This document shows positions 21,719 to 32,962 of a stretch of DNA of 40,897 nt, piece by piece. Origin of the DNA: Nemertoderma westbladi. Taxonomy: Eukaryota; Animalia; Xenacoelomorpha. Location of the stretch: positions 1 through 40,897 of the forward strand of contig JAUCBJ010006489.1 in assembly GCA_032718475.1 (NCBI GenBank). Direction: 5' to 3'. The notes under the pieces are model-generated. The model did no database searches and was not told where the DNA came from. It saw nothing but the letters and a program-made list of their open reading frames with translations. How positions within the stretch are numbered: the stretch's first letter is position 1; the number at the start of each line of letters is the position of its first letter. The position numbers were made by a program, and so were the translations under genes.

Positions 21719-24700
21719 ACCTCGGTAGTGTAGTCTGACAGTAACTCGCTGTCACCTCGGTAGTCTGACAGTAACTCGTCACCTCGGTAGTCTGACAGTA
21801 ACTCGCTGTCACCTCGGTAGTCTGACAGTAACTCGCCGTCACCTCGGTAGTCTGACAGTAACTCGCCGTCACCTCGGTAGTCTGACACTAACTCGTCACC
21901 TCGGTAGTCTGACACTAACTCGTCACCTCGGTAGTCTGACAGTAACTCGCTGTCACCTCGGTAGTCTGACAGTAACTCGCCGTCACCTCGGTAGTCTGAC
22001 ACTAACTCGTCACCTCGGTAGTCTGACAGTAACTCGCCGTCACCTCGGTAGTCTGACACTAACTCGTCACCTCGGTAGTCTGACAGTAACTCGCTGTTAC
22101 CTCGGTAGTCTGACAGTAACTCGCTGTCACCTCGGTAGTCTGACAGTAACTCGCTGTCACCTCGGTAGTCTGACAGTAACTCGTCACCTCGGTAGTCTGA
22201 CAGTAACTCGCTGTCACCTCGGTAGTCTGACAGTAACTCGCCGTCACCTCGGTAGTCTGACACTAACTCGTCACCTCGGTAGTCTGACAGTAACTCGCTG
22301 TCACCTCCTTAGTCTGACAGTAACTCGCTGTCACCTCGGTAGTCTGACAGTAACTCGTCACCTCGGTAGTCTGACAGTAACTCGCTGTCACCTCGGTAGT
22401 CTGACAGTAACTCGCCGTCACCTCGGTAGTCTGACACTAACTCGTCACCTCGGTAGTCTGACAGTAACTCGCTGTTACCTCGGTAGTCTGACAGTAACTC
22501 GTCACCTCGGTAGTCTGACAGTAGCTCGTCACCTCAGTAGTCTGACAGTAACTCATCACCTCGGTAGTCTGACAGTAACTCGCTGTCACCTCGGTAGTCT
22601 GACAGTAACTCGCTGTCACCTCGGTAGTCTGACAGTAACTCGCTGTCACCTCGGTAGTCTGACAGTAACTCGCTGTCACCTCGGTAGTCTGACAGTAACT
22701 CGTCACCTCGGTAGTATGACAGTAACTCGCTGTCACCTCGGTAGTCTGACAGTAACTCGTCACCTCGGTAGTCTGACAGTAACTAGCTGTCACCTCGGTA
22801 GTCTGACAGTAACTCGCTGTCACCTCGGTAGTCTGACAGTAACTCGTCACCTCGGTAGTCTGACAGTAACTCGTCACCTCGGTAGTCTGACAGTAACTCG
22901 TCACCTCGGTAGTCTGACAGTAACTCGTCACCTCGGTAGTCTGACAGTAACTCGTCACCTCGGTAGTCTGACAGTAACTCGTCGTCACCTCGGTAGTCTG
23001 ACAGTAACTCGTCACCTCGGTAGTCTGACAGTAACTAGCTGTCACCTCGGTAGTCTGACAGTAACTCGCTGTCACCTCGGTAGTCTGACAGTAACTCGCT
23101 GTCACCTCGGTAGTCTGACAGTAACTCGTCACCTCGGTAGTCTGACAGTAACTCGCTGTCACCTCGGTAGTCTGACAGTAACTCGCTGTCACCTCGGTAG
23201 TCTGACAGTAACTCGCTGTCACCTCCTTAGTCTGACAGTAACTCGTCACCTCGGTAGTCTGACAGTAACTCGTCACCTCGGTAGTCTGACAGTAACTCGC
23301 TGTCACCTCCTTAGTCTGACAGTAACTCGTCACCTCGGTAGTCTGACAGTAACTCGTCACCTCGGTAGTCTGACAGTAACTCGCTGTCACCTCCTTAGTC
23401 TGACAGTAACTCGTCACCTCGGGAGTCTGACAGTACCTCGTCACCTCGGTAGTCTGACAGTAACTCGTCACCTCGGTAGTCTGACAGTAACTCGCTGTCA
23501 CCTCCTTAGTCTGACAGTAACTCGTCACCTTGGTAGTCTGACAGTAACTCGTCACCTCGGTAGTCTGACAGTAACTCGTCACCTCGGTAGTCTGACAGTA
23601 ACTCGTCACCTCGGTAGTCTGACAGTAACTCGTCACCTCGGTAGTCTGACAGTAACTCGCTGTCACCTCCTTAGTCTGACAGTAACTCGTCACCTCGGTA
23701 GTCTGACAGTAACTCGTCACCTTGGTAGTCTGACAGTAACTCGTCACCTCGGTAGTCTGACAGTAACTCGTCACCTCGGTAGTCTGACAGTAACTCGTCA
23801 CCTCGGTAGTCTGACAGTAACTCGTCACCTCGGTAGTCTGACAGTAACTCGCTGTCACCTCCTTAGTCTGACAGTAACTCGTCACCTCGGTAGTCTGACA
23901 GTAACTCGTCACCTCCTTAGTCTGACAGTAACTCGTCACCTCGGTAGTCTGACAGTAACTCGCTGTCACCTCCTTAGTCTGACAGTAACTCGTCACCTCG
24001 GTAGTCTGACAGTAACTCGTCACCTCGGTAGTCTGACAGTAACTCGTCACCTCGGTAGTCTGACAGTAACTCGCTGTCACCTCCTTAGTCTGACAGTAAC
24101 TCGTCACCTCGGTAGTCTGACAGTAACTCGTCACCTCGGTAGTCTGACAGTAACTCGTCACCTCGGTAGTCTGACAGTAACTCGCTGTCACCTCCTTAGT
24201 CTGACAGTAACTCGTCACCTCGGTAGTCTGACAGTAACTCGTCACCTCGGTAGTCTGACAGTAACTCGTCACCTCGGTAGTCTGACAGTAACTCGTCACC
24301 TCGGTAGTCTGACAGTAACTCGCTGTCACCTCCTTAGTCTGACAGTAACTCGTCACCTCGGTAGTCTGACAGTAACTCGTCACCTCGGTAGTCTGACAGT
24401 AACTCGTCACCTCGGTAGTCTGACAGTAACTCGTCACCTCGGTAGTCTGACAGTAACTCGCTGTCACCTCCTTAGTCTGACAGTAACTCGTCACCTCGGT
24501 AGTCTGACAGTAACTCGTCACCTCGGTAGTCTGACAGTAACTCGTCACCTCGGTAGTCTGACAGTAACTCGTCACCTCGGTAGTCTGACAGTAACTCGTC
24601 ACCTCGGTAGTCTGACAGTAACTCGTCACCTCGGTAGTCTGACAGTAACTCGCTGTCACCTCCTTAGTCTGACAGTAACTCGTCACCTCGGTAGTCTGAC

Positions 24701-25462
24701 AGTAACTCGTCACCTCCTTAGTCTGACAGTAACTCGTCACCTCGGTAGTCTGACAGTAACTCGCTGTCACCTCCTTAGTCTGACAGTAACTCGTCACCTC
24801 GGTAGTCTGACAGTAACTCGTCACCTCGGTAGTCTGACAGTAACTCGTCACCTCGGTAGTCTGACAGTAACTCGCTGTCACCTCCTTAGTCTGACAGTAA
24901 CTCGTCACCTCGGTAGTCTGACAGTAACTCGTCACCTCGGTAGTCTGACAGTAACTCGTCACCTCGGTAGTCTGACAGTAACTCGCTGTCACCTCCTTAG
25001 TCTGACAGTAACTCGTCACCTCGGTAGTCTGACAGTAACTCGTCACCTCGGTAGTCTGACAGTAACTCGTCACCTCGGTAGTCTGACAGTAACTCGTCAC
25101 CTCGGTAGTCTGACAGTAACTCGCTGTCACCTCCTTAGTCTGACAGTAACTCGTCACCTCGGTAGTCTGACAGTAACTCGTCACCTCGGTAGTCTGACAG
25201 TAACTCGTCACCTCGGTAGTCTGACAGTAACTCGTCACCTCGGTAGTCTGACAGTAACTCGCTGTCACCTCCTTAGTCTGACAGTAACTCGTCACCTCGG
25301 TAGTCTGACAGTAACTCGTCACCTCGGTAGTCTGACAGTAACTCGTCACCTCGGTAGTCTGACAGTAACTCGTCACCTCGGTAGTCTGACAGTAACTCGC
25401 TGTCACCTCCTTAGTCTGACAGTAACTCGTCACCTCGGTAGTCTGACAGTAACTCGCTGTCA
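21719..25462. repeat. 27/30-bp minisatellite, about 130 units, GTCACCTCGGTAGTCTGACAGTAACTC(+GCT)
   Basis: Direct tandem periodicity; variant units with a GCT/GCC insertion and GG>CT change (CTCCTTAG). Confidence 0.98.
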
Positions 25463-25623
25463 GAATAAGGACAATCATTTTATTAATCCCGTCGATCTTC
25501 AAGATGATTTAATTTATGTTATTTCAAGAACATGTCGTGTCATATCGGATCGTATTCGTATGTAATTAATTGTTAGAATATATAATTATTATGTAGTTAA
25601 CTAATTAATTGGGTTTAATATTA

Positions 25624-25917
25624 CAGATACGTAGGTGGAGGGGGGATTGTGGATTTAAGGGATCGATTTTCAAAAATGTCAAAATATTTCATTTCAAAAA
25701 ATTTATCAAATGTCATCCCTCTCCAGGGAAAAATCGACGCAAATAACAGCTGATTACTCACTCCCAAAAATAAAACTAACCTGTTCTATTAGCTTTAGTT
25801 TATTGTTTTGGTTAGAATAACATGCCATTATAACCTGCACCTTTCCCATAATTTATATTTAATATTTTAATTAGCAATTTTTGCTCCAAGCCCCCCCCCC
25901 CCCCTTCCATGTCTCTG
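25624..25917. mobile_element. Possible degenerate TA-flanked MITE
   Basis: TA|CAGATAC..GGAGGGGGG vs CCCCCCTTCCATGTCTCTG|TA; internal segment TTTAGTTTATTGTTTTGGTTAGAA..TTATAACCTGC repeated at about 27620-27675. Confidence 0.35.
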
Positions 25918-25944
25918 TATTTGTGAGTGTTTAAAACCCAATAA

Positions 25945-26144
25945 AGCCCGGTTCCCATCCTAACGCGTATTTTATTAAATTTAATTAAAAAATTTATGCG
26001 CGCTCATTTATAAAGAAATAAAACACTCTACCGGTACCGGCAATGTCCCATTGATGTACCGGTCGGCAATGTCCCATTTATGATAACGGGACGATGTCGC
26101 ATTGATAGTATCCGCTCAATTATCCCAGTGTTGTGAACCGCGCT
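25945..26144. mobile_element. Possible degenerate Harbinger-type MITE
   Basis: TAA|AGCCCGGTTCCCATC vs GTTGTGAACCGCGCT|TAC; ends resemble those of the 9340-9646 element. Confidence 0.3.
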
Positions 26145-27267
26145 TACTCTATGTAAATCCGCCATGCATTACTGGTGCAAATTATTTTGTAATTTAAATT
26201 AAATTCATATTAAATACCGGTAGTATTTATATAATTTAATCATTTTTATTATATTCGACAATTGACTCATTGTGACTAATAATTCCATGGTTTTAATTTT
26301 TAATTTAAAGTTTTAATTTACTGAACACCTTAGGTGTTCAGTATGGGAGTGTTTATAAAATTAAAAAAACATAATTATTGTTTAATTTTGTTTTTTAATA
26401 TTCCGCCTATCAATTGACTAATTCTGTTTATTTTATTACTACTGAAAAAAATTGGGCCTACCTGTGCACAACGTACAACCGTTTCCGTTTTTGAGTAAAA
26501 TGTTTAAATTTTCGAATATAATAATAATATACTAATAATTATCATAATATACTATAACATATATAAATATAATAAATGACTCTTCATTGTCTGTAACTGT
26601 AAATGTACTTTCTATAATTACAGACTCGCGGTTTCTTTGCTAACCTTGATGTTTAGGCTAGCAAAGCAGTCGCTATGTAATCAGACAAAGTACCACTTTA
26701 TACCATGGGAGTAAATTCTTATGATTGGCTTGAGATATTTCGAAAGATTTTAAGAATTTCGTTAAATGTTCGTTAATTATGTTTGCATATATAGAATTAA
26801 TAATAGCTGTTTAGTGATGATTATTTTAGTAGTAAGTACACTCTTATATACGGAGACTCTAAGAAAACATTAAATCCCGTTTTTTTATATTTATAGTGTG
26901 CATGTACACAAAGTAATAAAAACGTGGACGTCCTCTTAGGAGCTCCGTAGTTATATTTAATTACGTTTAGTTGTAAATAAATATTAATATAGAATAGGCT
27001 TCCCAATGACACGCTGCCCAGTCCAGTACCTGACAGCGATAGATTAATTATTTAAAATATTATTAATTATAAATAATTAAATATTTATGTTCAGTCGGCT
27101 GTATTATCTTTCTTCATCACTTTAATAATTATTTTTATTGTGAATTATTATTAAATAATATGCAGGATAAGTTTATTTATCATTCCGTGCAGTAAAATAG
27201 ATTCAGATTCAAATCCCCATTTCATATTAAATAGATATATAATAAAAATGAAAGTGTTTCCTCTGAA

Positions 27268-27299
27268 GGGGGTGGGGGGGGGGGGGGGGGGGGGGGGGG
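27268..27299 (+). repeat. Poly-G tract (G5-T-G26)
   Basis: Seen directly. Confidence 0.95.
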
Positions 27300-27738
27300 A
27301 TACATTGAGCGCCATGGGGCGACCTCGTCCAAAGAAACTAATTTTAGTAATCCCCGGATCAAGGATTCAAATCCCTTCTGGTATCTGGAGCTTATTTTAC
27401 AAATAGATTCTAGCACATCTGCACAGGTTACAGTTACTGTAAAACTGCTAAAGTAGTAATCAGCTGTAAATATAAGTAAAACAACTGTTTGTTAAGGAGG
27501 GCAAATAGCCAATTGGGGTGTCGGCTCAGCCTTCTCATAGGGTTAATGTTAAATTAATATTGCAAAATTATTGCCTATAGAGTATAAGTAAAAAATTTAC
27601 TGTACACTGTGTTCCTAAATTTAGTTTATTGTTTTGGTTAGAAAAGCCTGCCGTTATAACCTGCTACTTTCCATTAAAATGTACCTTAAATGGTGAATAT
27701 CGAACTTAAATATTCGCGAAATTAAGTTAATATGTTAA

Positions 27739-27816
27739 ATAGCCTGAAACGACACCCCAATTGGTATATATGCCTACGGAGGGCATATTTCCAATTGGGG
27801 TGTCGTTTCAGTCTAT
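27739..27816. repeat. Near-perfect hairpin with about 35-bp arms
   Basis: ATAGCCTGAAACGACACCCCAATTGG..ATATGCC / GGCATAT..CCAATTGGGGTGTCGTTTCAGTCTAT; a third arm copy at about 27499-27530. Confidence 0.85.
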
Positions 27817-28304
27817 GGAAGTGTTTCTGGGGTTCTAATTGGATGTTCCTTCAATAAGCTCACCTCATTGGCTAACACTCTGCCATAGCCAAAAGGTGTG
27901 TCGGTTCAGCCCAATTGCCATAAGGGATGTCGGATGTCGCTTGGGGAAACTGTCTGCGCTGAAACAAGTGTTCTCAGTTATAAATGATAAACCTCAGTAT
28001 GCTGATATTCATCAAGCATTCCATTCAAAAGATGTAGCCCGGCTCAATACAATGTAAGCGCGACTATGTCAGATACACATTTCAATAAAAATAAGACATA
28101 CATCAACAATAATCTCATTCGAACCTCAAAAATCGGTTTAGTTCTTGTAGACACCTTCAAAATATGTGTAAGCGTGATTAGTTATCTATAAAGGGCACAA
28201 CATGTATAGGCATTTCAACTCAACTGTTTGGTTCTATTTATTGTGGCAGCCAATACATTTTCTGCCCTATATCGATAACTAATAATATTATATCTATATC
28301 TATA

Positions 28305-28710
28305 ATCGGCCTGCTGCATTACAGCTGTACATTGAGATGCTATGCTATGTTGGCTTAACAACAAATTTGTGTCACCATGCAATCTACAATTGGCTTGCTA
28401 TGCAGCGTGTGCAGCTTGATTAAGAATGCTATGCCGGCTTGTCGACAAAATTGCGCCGCCACAACTCCATATCCCCCATGACTTTCGCGAGATTATCCGC
28501 ATCTTCAACGCCACCTTTAGGAAGCGTCTCACGAAAGTTATGGTCTGTCCTGTCCATCATGCTTATTTAATACATGAGGCCGCCAAAGCACAACATTGTG
28601 CACAGGCTGATCCTCAGGGAGAAAGTAATGTCCTGCGAAGCGGAGGCGGCTTTGCACAAGTCTTAAGCTTGGGGTGACCAATTGGGCACCTCTAATATTA
28701 TATAGTGTCT
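28305..28710 (-). mobile_element. 5'-truncated RTE/RTE-X LINE 3' end (decayed)
   Basis: Minus-strand translation LVQSRLRFAGHYFLPEDQPVHNVVLWRPH; clear direct homology to 33881-34204. Confidence 0.8.
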
Positions 28711-28977
28711 AATCACTCTACTCTTATTTTGAAGGTTAGAGATCTAAAATGAGTTATTTGTATCATGGCGCCTACTGGCGTATTTTATTACGACCCAATT
28801 AAACGAATAATTATGAATTAAACAACAACGGTAAACTAATCGATAATAATAAATAAGCAACTTATATCCAATTACAATAGTCCGCGTTAAAAGCCGATAA
28901 AATTATATAATAGCTATGCACCATAAGTTAAGGCCGCCATTGAGTGTGTATACAGTCAGCTGAGTTCGGGTCTGTAG

Positions 28978-30024
28978 TCACAAGCGTCGGCGTCGCATCG
29001 CGTCATCGATCGGCTCCGAGGGGGTCTCTGTAGTGGGTGACTGCGGCCCGGAGCTGCTGAGGGAGCCGTTGGAATGCACGGAGGGGACCGCACTGGGGAG
29101 TGGCGGGGGCTGGAAGTCCAATATCCGACGGTAGGTCTGCCTCCAGTACAGCTGCTGAGTGTAGTAGACCTTGAGCGCGCCCTTAATGGCCACGAAGGAT
29201 ATGCCGCCCAGTATGGTGCGCTGGATGCTGGGCCTACTGGGGTACAGCATCTTACCGACCAAGGCCGCGAAAAACGGGAAGAGTAGCGCCCCGCAGAACA
29301 CCCGAGTGGCCGAGACTGCGGTCGGACTGACTTGGTTGTCCTGGTTGGGGACACGCGTTCCGTGCTTGTAAGGCCAAATCAGTTGGAGGACCTGTAAGGT
29401 GGAGACGTGTTTCCTCCAGAAACGGAGGAGGACTTCTTCCCAAGGAACCATCTTACCGAGTAGGAGACCGACAGGGAGTAACGGGAGAGTTATAAGGAGG
29501 AACAACGGGTCCGTGGATTCTAGAAGTCGGAGACCTTCGTCGCTAACCTGTATAACCACTATCGCTCCGTAGCTCACGAGCGTCCAATAGCCCGCCGTTA
29601 CTACAGCAACAGCAGCGCAGAAGGGACACACCTTGTAGACGAGGTTGTCGATTGTCTCTAGTAGAGCCACTAGGAAGCCTGGGGATGGGAATATGATTGT
29701 GTATTCGGTATCGCATTGCGGACATTTGACCTTGGTGGAACTGTGTCCGTGTTGCTTCTCGTCAACCCAGCGTTGTAGACATGTCTGATGGACCCACTTG
29801 GCGGTGCCCCTACACCGACAAGGTTTCACCCACTCAGCTGTTGGGTCGTCCTCCTCCGTGGCGTAACAAACCCAGCAGCAGCGGCTCTCGGCTGTTTGCT
29901 CCGGTACTGGTACAACTTTATTGATTGCCGGTACGTCAGGAATTGGCGAGGTTTGAATTCCAGTGGATATAGTGAGTTCATCCTCGGTTAAACTGTTCGG
30001 AATAATTTCACTTTGAGAATTCAT
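28978..30024 (-). CDS. MARCHF5: Mitochondrial RING-CH E3 ubiquitin ligase MARCH5/MITOL, intronless, 348 aa
   Basis: RINGv CWVCYATEEDD..WVKPCRCRGTAKWVHQTCLQRWVDEKQ..CPQC, four hydrophobic segments, DPLFLL..LP, SATRVFCGAL, RTILGGISFVAIKGALKVY. Confidence 0.96.
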   Translation of the reverse strand: MNSQSEIIPNSLTEDELTISTGIQTSPIPDVPAINKVVPVPEQTAESRCCWVCYATEEDDPTAEWVKPCRCRGTAKWVHQTCLQRWVDEKQHGHSSTKVKCPQCDTEYTIIFPSPGFLVALLETIDNLVYKVCPFCAAVAVVTAGYWTLVSYGAIVVIQVSDEGLRLLESTDPLFLLITLPLLPVGLLLGKMVPWEEVLLRFWRKHVSTLQVLQLIWPYKHGTRVPNQDNQVSPTAVSATRVFCGALLFPFFAALVGKMLYPSRPSIQRTILGGISFVAIKGALKVYYTQQLYWRQTYRRILDFQPPPLPSAVPSVHSNGSLSSSGPQSPTTETPSEPIDDAMRRRRL

Positions 30025-30460
30025 TGTCTTATTTCAATTAAATCAACGATATTTATTAAAATTTCGCTGTGCTGCATTACCGCTACCTGGCTACCGGTAG
30101 CATATGGCATAGACTATCTGATAGATTACAGATTTGGCTATGTGATGCCTCTATACTACAGTACCGTACTACTGCAGTACGGTACTGTACTATGTCAGTA
30201 TGTACATTTTTACTACAGTACCGTCCGGTAACTGAGTAAGGGAAAACAGGAATGAATTACTAATAAAATTAAATAACATGCCCATTGAAATATAAATAAA
30301 TCGTTGGCATGCACGCCTAGCCATTGCGTAGGCCTAAACAGTAGCCTACCATGTATGGTGGCCCATTAGAGCCACTACATTTTATTTATTAATTTTTGCG
30401 TGAATTAAATTTCATTTAATTTAATGTTAATTTTTAAATCAAGTACAATAAAAAAAACAT

Positions 30461-30650
30461 TAAATTTACTTTCACTTTCGTTTCCAATTAGTTTTACTTT
30501 CACTTTCGTTTTATTTTTAGTTTTACTTTCACTTTCGTTTTAATTTTAGTTTTACTTTAACTTTCGTTTTAATTTTAGTTTTACATTCACTTTCGATTTC
30601 ATTTTAGTTTTACTTTAACTTTAACTTTCGTTATCATTTCATTTTCGATT
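30461..30650. repeat. 29-bp T-rich tandem repeat, about 6 copies (AGTTTTACTTTCACTTTCGTTTTAATTTT)
   Basis: Unit starts at 30490, 30519, 30548, 30577 and 30606; may be the subterminal array of the adjacent transposon. Confidence 0.85.
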
Positions 30651-30929
30651 TTTGCACACGGCCCATTACAGTCACCCTATTATTAGCCAAGGACTACGGC
30701 GGCCACCTTTTACCCTTACAATCAATTGCAGGCTGTGGCTCCAATGGGCCAAGCAAGGCAGCCCAGTACAGCCATCGATTTTCGAAGAGAAACTTAAAAC
30801 TGATTTTTGCAGGTGGCCCATGGCGGTCATTTTCTTATGATGGGACTAGGAGAACCAGGCTGACAGAGAAGTCACAGCCTAGGCCTAACCCATACACCAG
30901 CAACAATGCAGCATTGTGACATTACGGCA

Positions 30930-31399
30930 TTCTGCAAGAGTTTTGAAAGCCACACAATTTGTCGTGACCGTCAGATAGCAACCACATCGGGCCATCGGAC
31001 TGAAACGGGGTCAAATTAGGGTTTTTCCTATTCTCTAATCTTCTAGCCTCCAAAATATCTGGGGTAATGTCCCCCATTATTTGGTATACAAGAGACCGTG
31101 GCACCTTGATTCCATTGAAAGTTCGTAATTTCAAATATAAGGCCCGATATTCGAGATCCCTTCCTGGTCCATCCAGTTCTTGGATTACTACAGTGTTCCT
31201 TACACTCTCTAAATTAATGTTGTAAGTAATGTAATTAATTTCGAAAAACGATCTTCTACTCTCTTCTATCAAGTGATTTCAAAGATGGGTAAGTGTCAAA
31301 TTCCTTTGTAAGACTAACTAGAATCTCCTTTCGTTTCCAGTTCAGCGCTACTAAGTCCGTCATCCTTCGTTTGAGAACATGGTCATTTTGCCATGCCAT
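30930..31399 (-). pseudogene. Decayed eukaryotic IS3/IS481-like (IS3EU-type) DDE transposase, N-terminal half
   Basis: ATG at 31399 gives MAWQNDHVLKRRMTDLVALNWKRKEILVSLTKEFDTYPSLKSLDRR; after a frameshift near 31255 it reads ELDGPGRDLEYRAL..KLR..GIKVPRSLVY..M...P..LE.R...F.S.GP.W..DGHDKL; truncated after the first catalytic Asp. Confidence 0.7.
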
Positions 31400-32874
31400 A
31401 ATGAATAAATGAAGTAGGTGTTGCGTAATACAGTAGTTTTATTTATACAGAAAATATATTTCTTACCATAAATATATTTATTCCCAGCAAAACTTAAATT
31501 GTAAACATGTAATATTAACTCTCGTTTTATTGATTTGGTCAGAATTACATTTCCTGTAACCTGCTCCTTTCCATTAACCAGGATATTTAACCAAAGCAAT
31601 TAATAATAAATTTTTTGTCAACGTTAGTTTTTAGGTATGAGCCCAAAAAACCTAACTTTTGGCCTAGGTTATGGGTTTTTGGAAAAAAATTAAATCGAAT
31701 TCCCTATTTAACCCTACATGGCCCGGGGTGGTCATTTTATAAATTTTTTTGTAACTCATCTGTATCTTTAAGCCAGGTATGGTGGAAAAACCCAGATTTC
31801 GCGACATTTCCTAAAATTCAATGTGTTATCCACCAGCGCAAACGCCAAAAATATAGCTATGTTAGTTTTCGTGTTGTCCCATTCTGGAACTCATCTAGTA
31901 ATTTTCGCGCGAAAATTTTTTCAAAAGTTTTAATAGCTCGATAAAATTAATTTATTTGCGGTATATAGCGATTTTTTTAGATGCTGATCATGATTATAGA
32001 ACTCATAACATACGAGAAAATTTCTTGTAAATTTGAATGTGCCCCCTGGGCACGAAAAAAACAAGTACCGGTAGTGGAAATTGATAACAATTTAATGTTT
32101 ACACTTCCATTAAATATTCTTAACAAGGTCTATCGTGATCAGCGACCTCGACCCTATAGCTTCAGAATTATCCATCCAAACACAACGTGCGTTAGTTTGA
32201 AAATTTTTCACTTGTACTTTTCGTCCTGGGGCGCTGGGGGTGCAGAATAATATTGAGGAATGTGAAGTAAATAATCTTAATTTAGCGACATCTTATGAGC
32301 AACTAAATTTATAATGTATGAAAAGACCAAATGAAATTCAATATTAATTTTCACCTGTTTGCATGGATGGTTGTTTTTAGATTATCTTTCATTTGACGGT
32401 CCAGTTCGCCACTCTTTCGATCCAGTTCGGTTCAGTTCGGTCCAGATTCGAGTACAGAACTATCCTATCGATATCGTCAATATTCTTTAAACTACTCCAC
32501 CGCTACACATACTGAAACTACTGTACTGTACTGTTCACTAATACAACCCATGACCTACAGTACCATTTTAATTATCCATTCCCCTGGATACATATCTACC
32601 AACTTTTATCCATGTCTTCCCCATATTGCACACAATGTAGACCTGTACCTACTTGGAAAGCCAAACTACCCTTGAAACCAGACATTATGGCACTGGATAT
32701 ACCCGGAGTGAACGGTTTCATGCAACTCCCATGTTCAATTGAGTTTGAACATACCGCGATTTGGGCGCCCTTTGGGTTGATTGACAGTAGTATACAACTC
32801 TGGTTAACAACAGCTGTGGTTTGGGGGCCTTTTTTTTTTTACATATACGCTCCATTCTAAGCAGCAGTCAAATG

Positions 32875-32962
32875 TATGGCTATATATATGTATATGCTAT
32901 ATGTATATGTATATACATGTATGTATGTATGTATATGTATCTGTATATATGTATATGCTATA
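32875..32962. repeat. (TA)/(TATG) low-complexity microsatellite
   Basis: Seen directly. Confidence 0.85.

Noticed and set aside
27222-27416. Poly-proline ORF
   Set aside because: Translation of the poly-G tract
28956-29991. Overlapping ORFs within MARCHF5
   Set aside because: Shadow ORFs of a GC-rich CDS
31700-32300. piggyBac-like left end (TTAA|CCC at about 31708)
   Set aside because: No matching right TIR found in the window; cannot delimit an element
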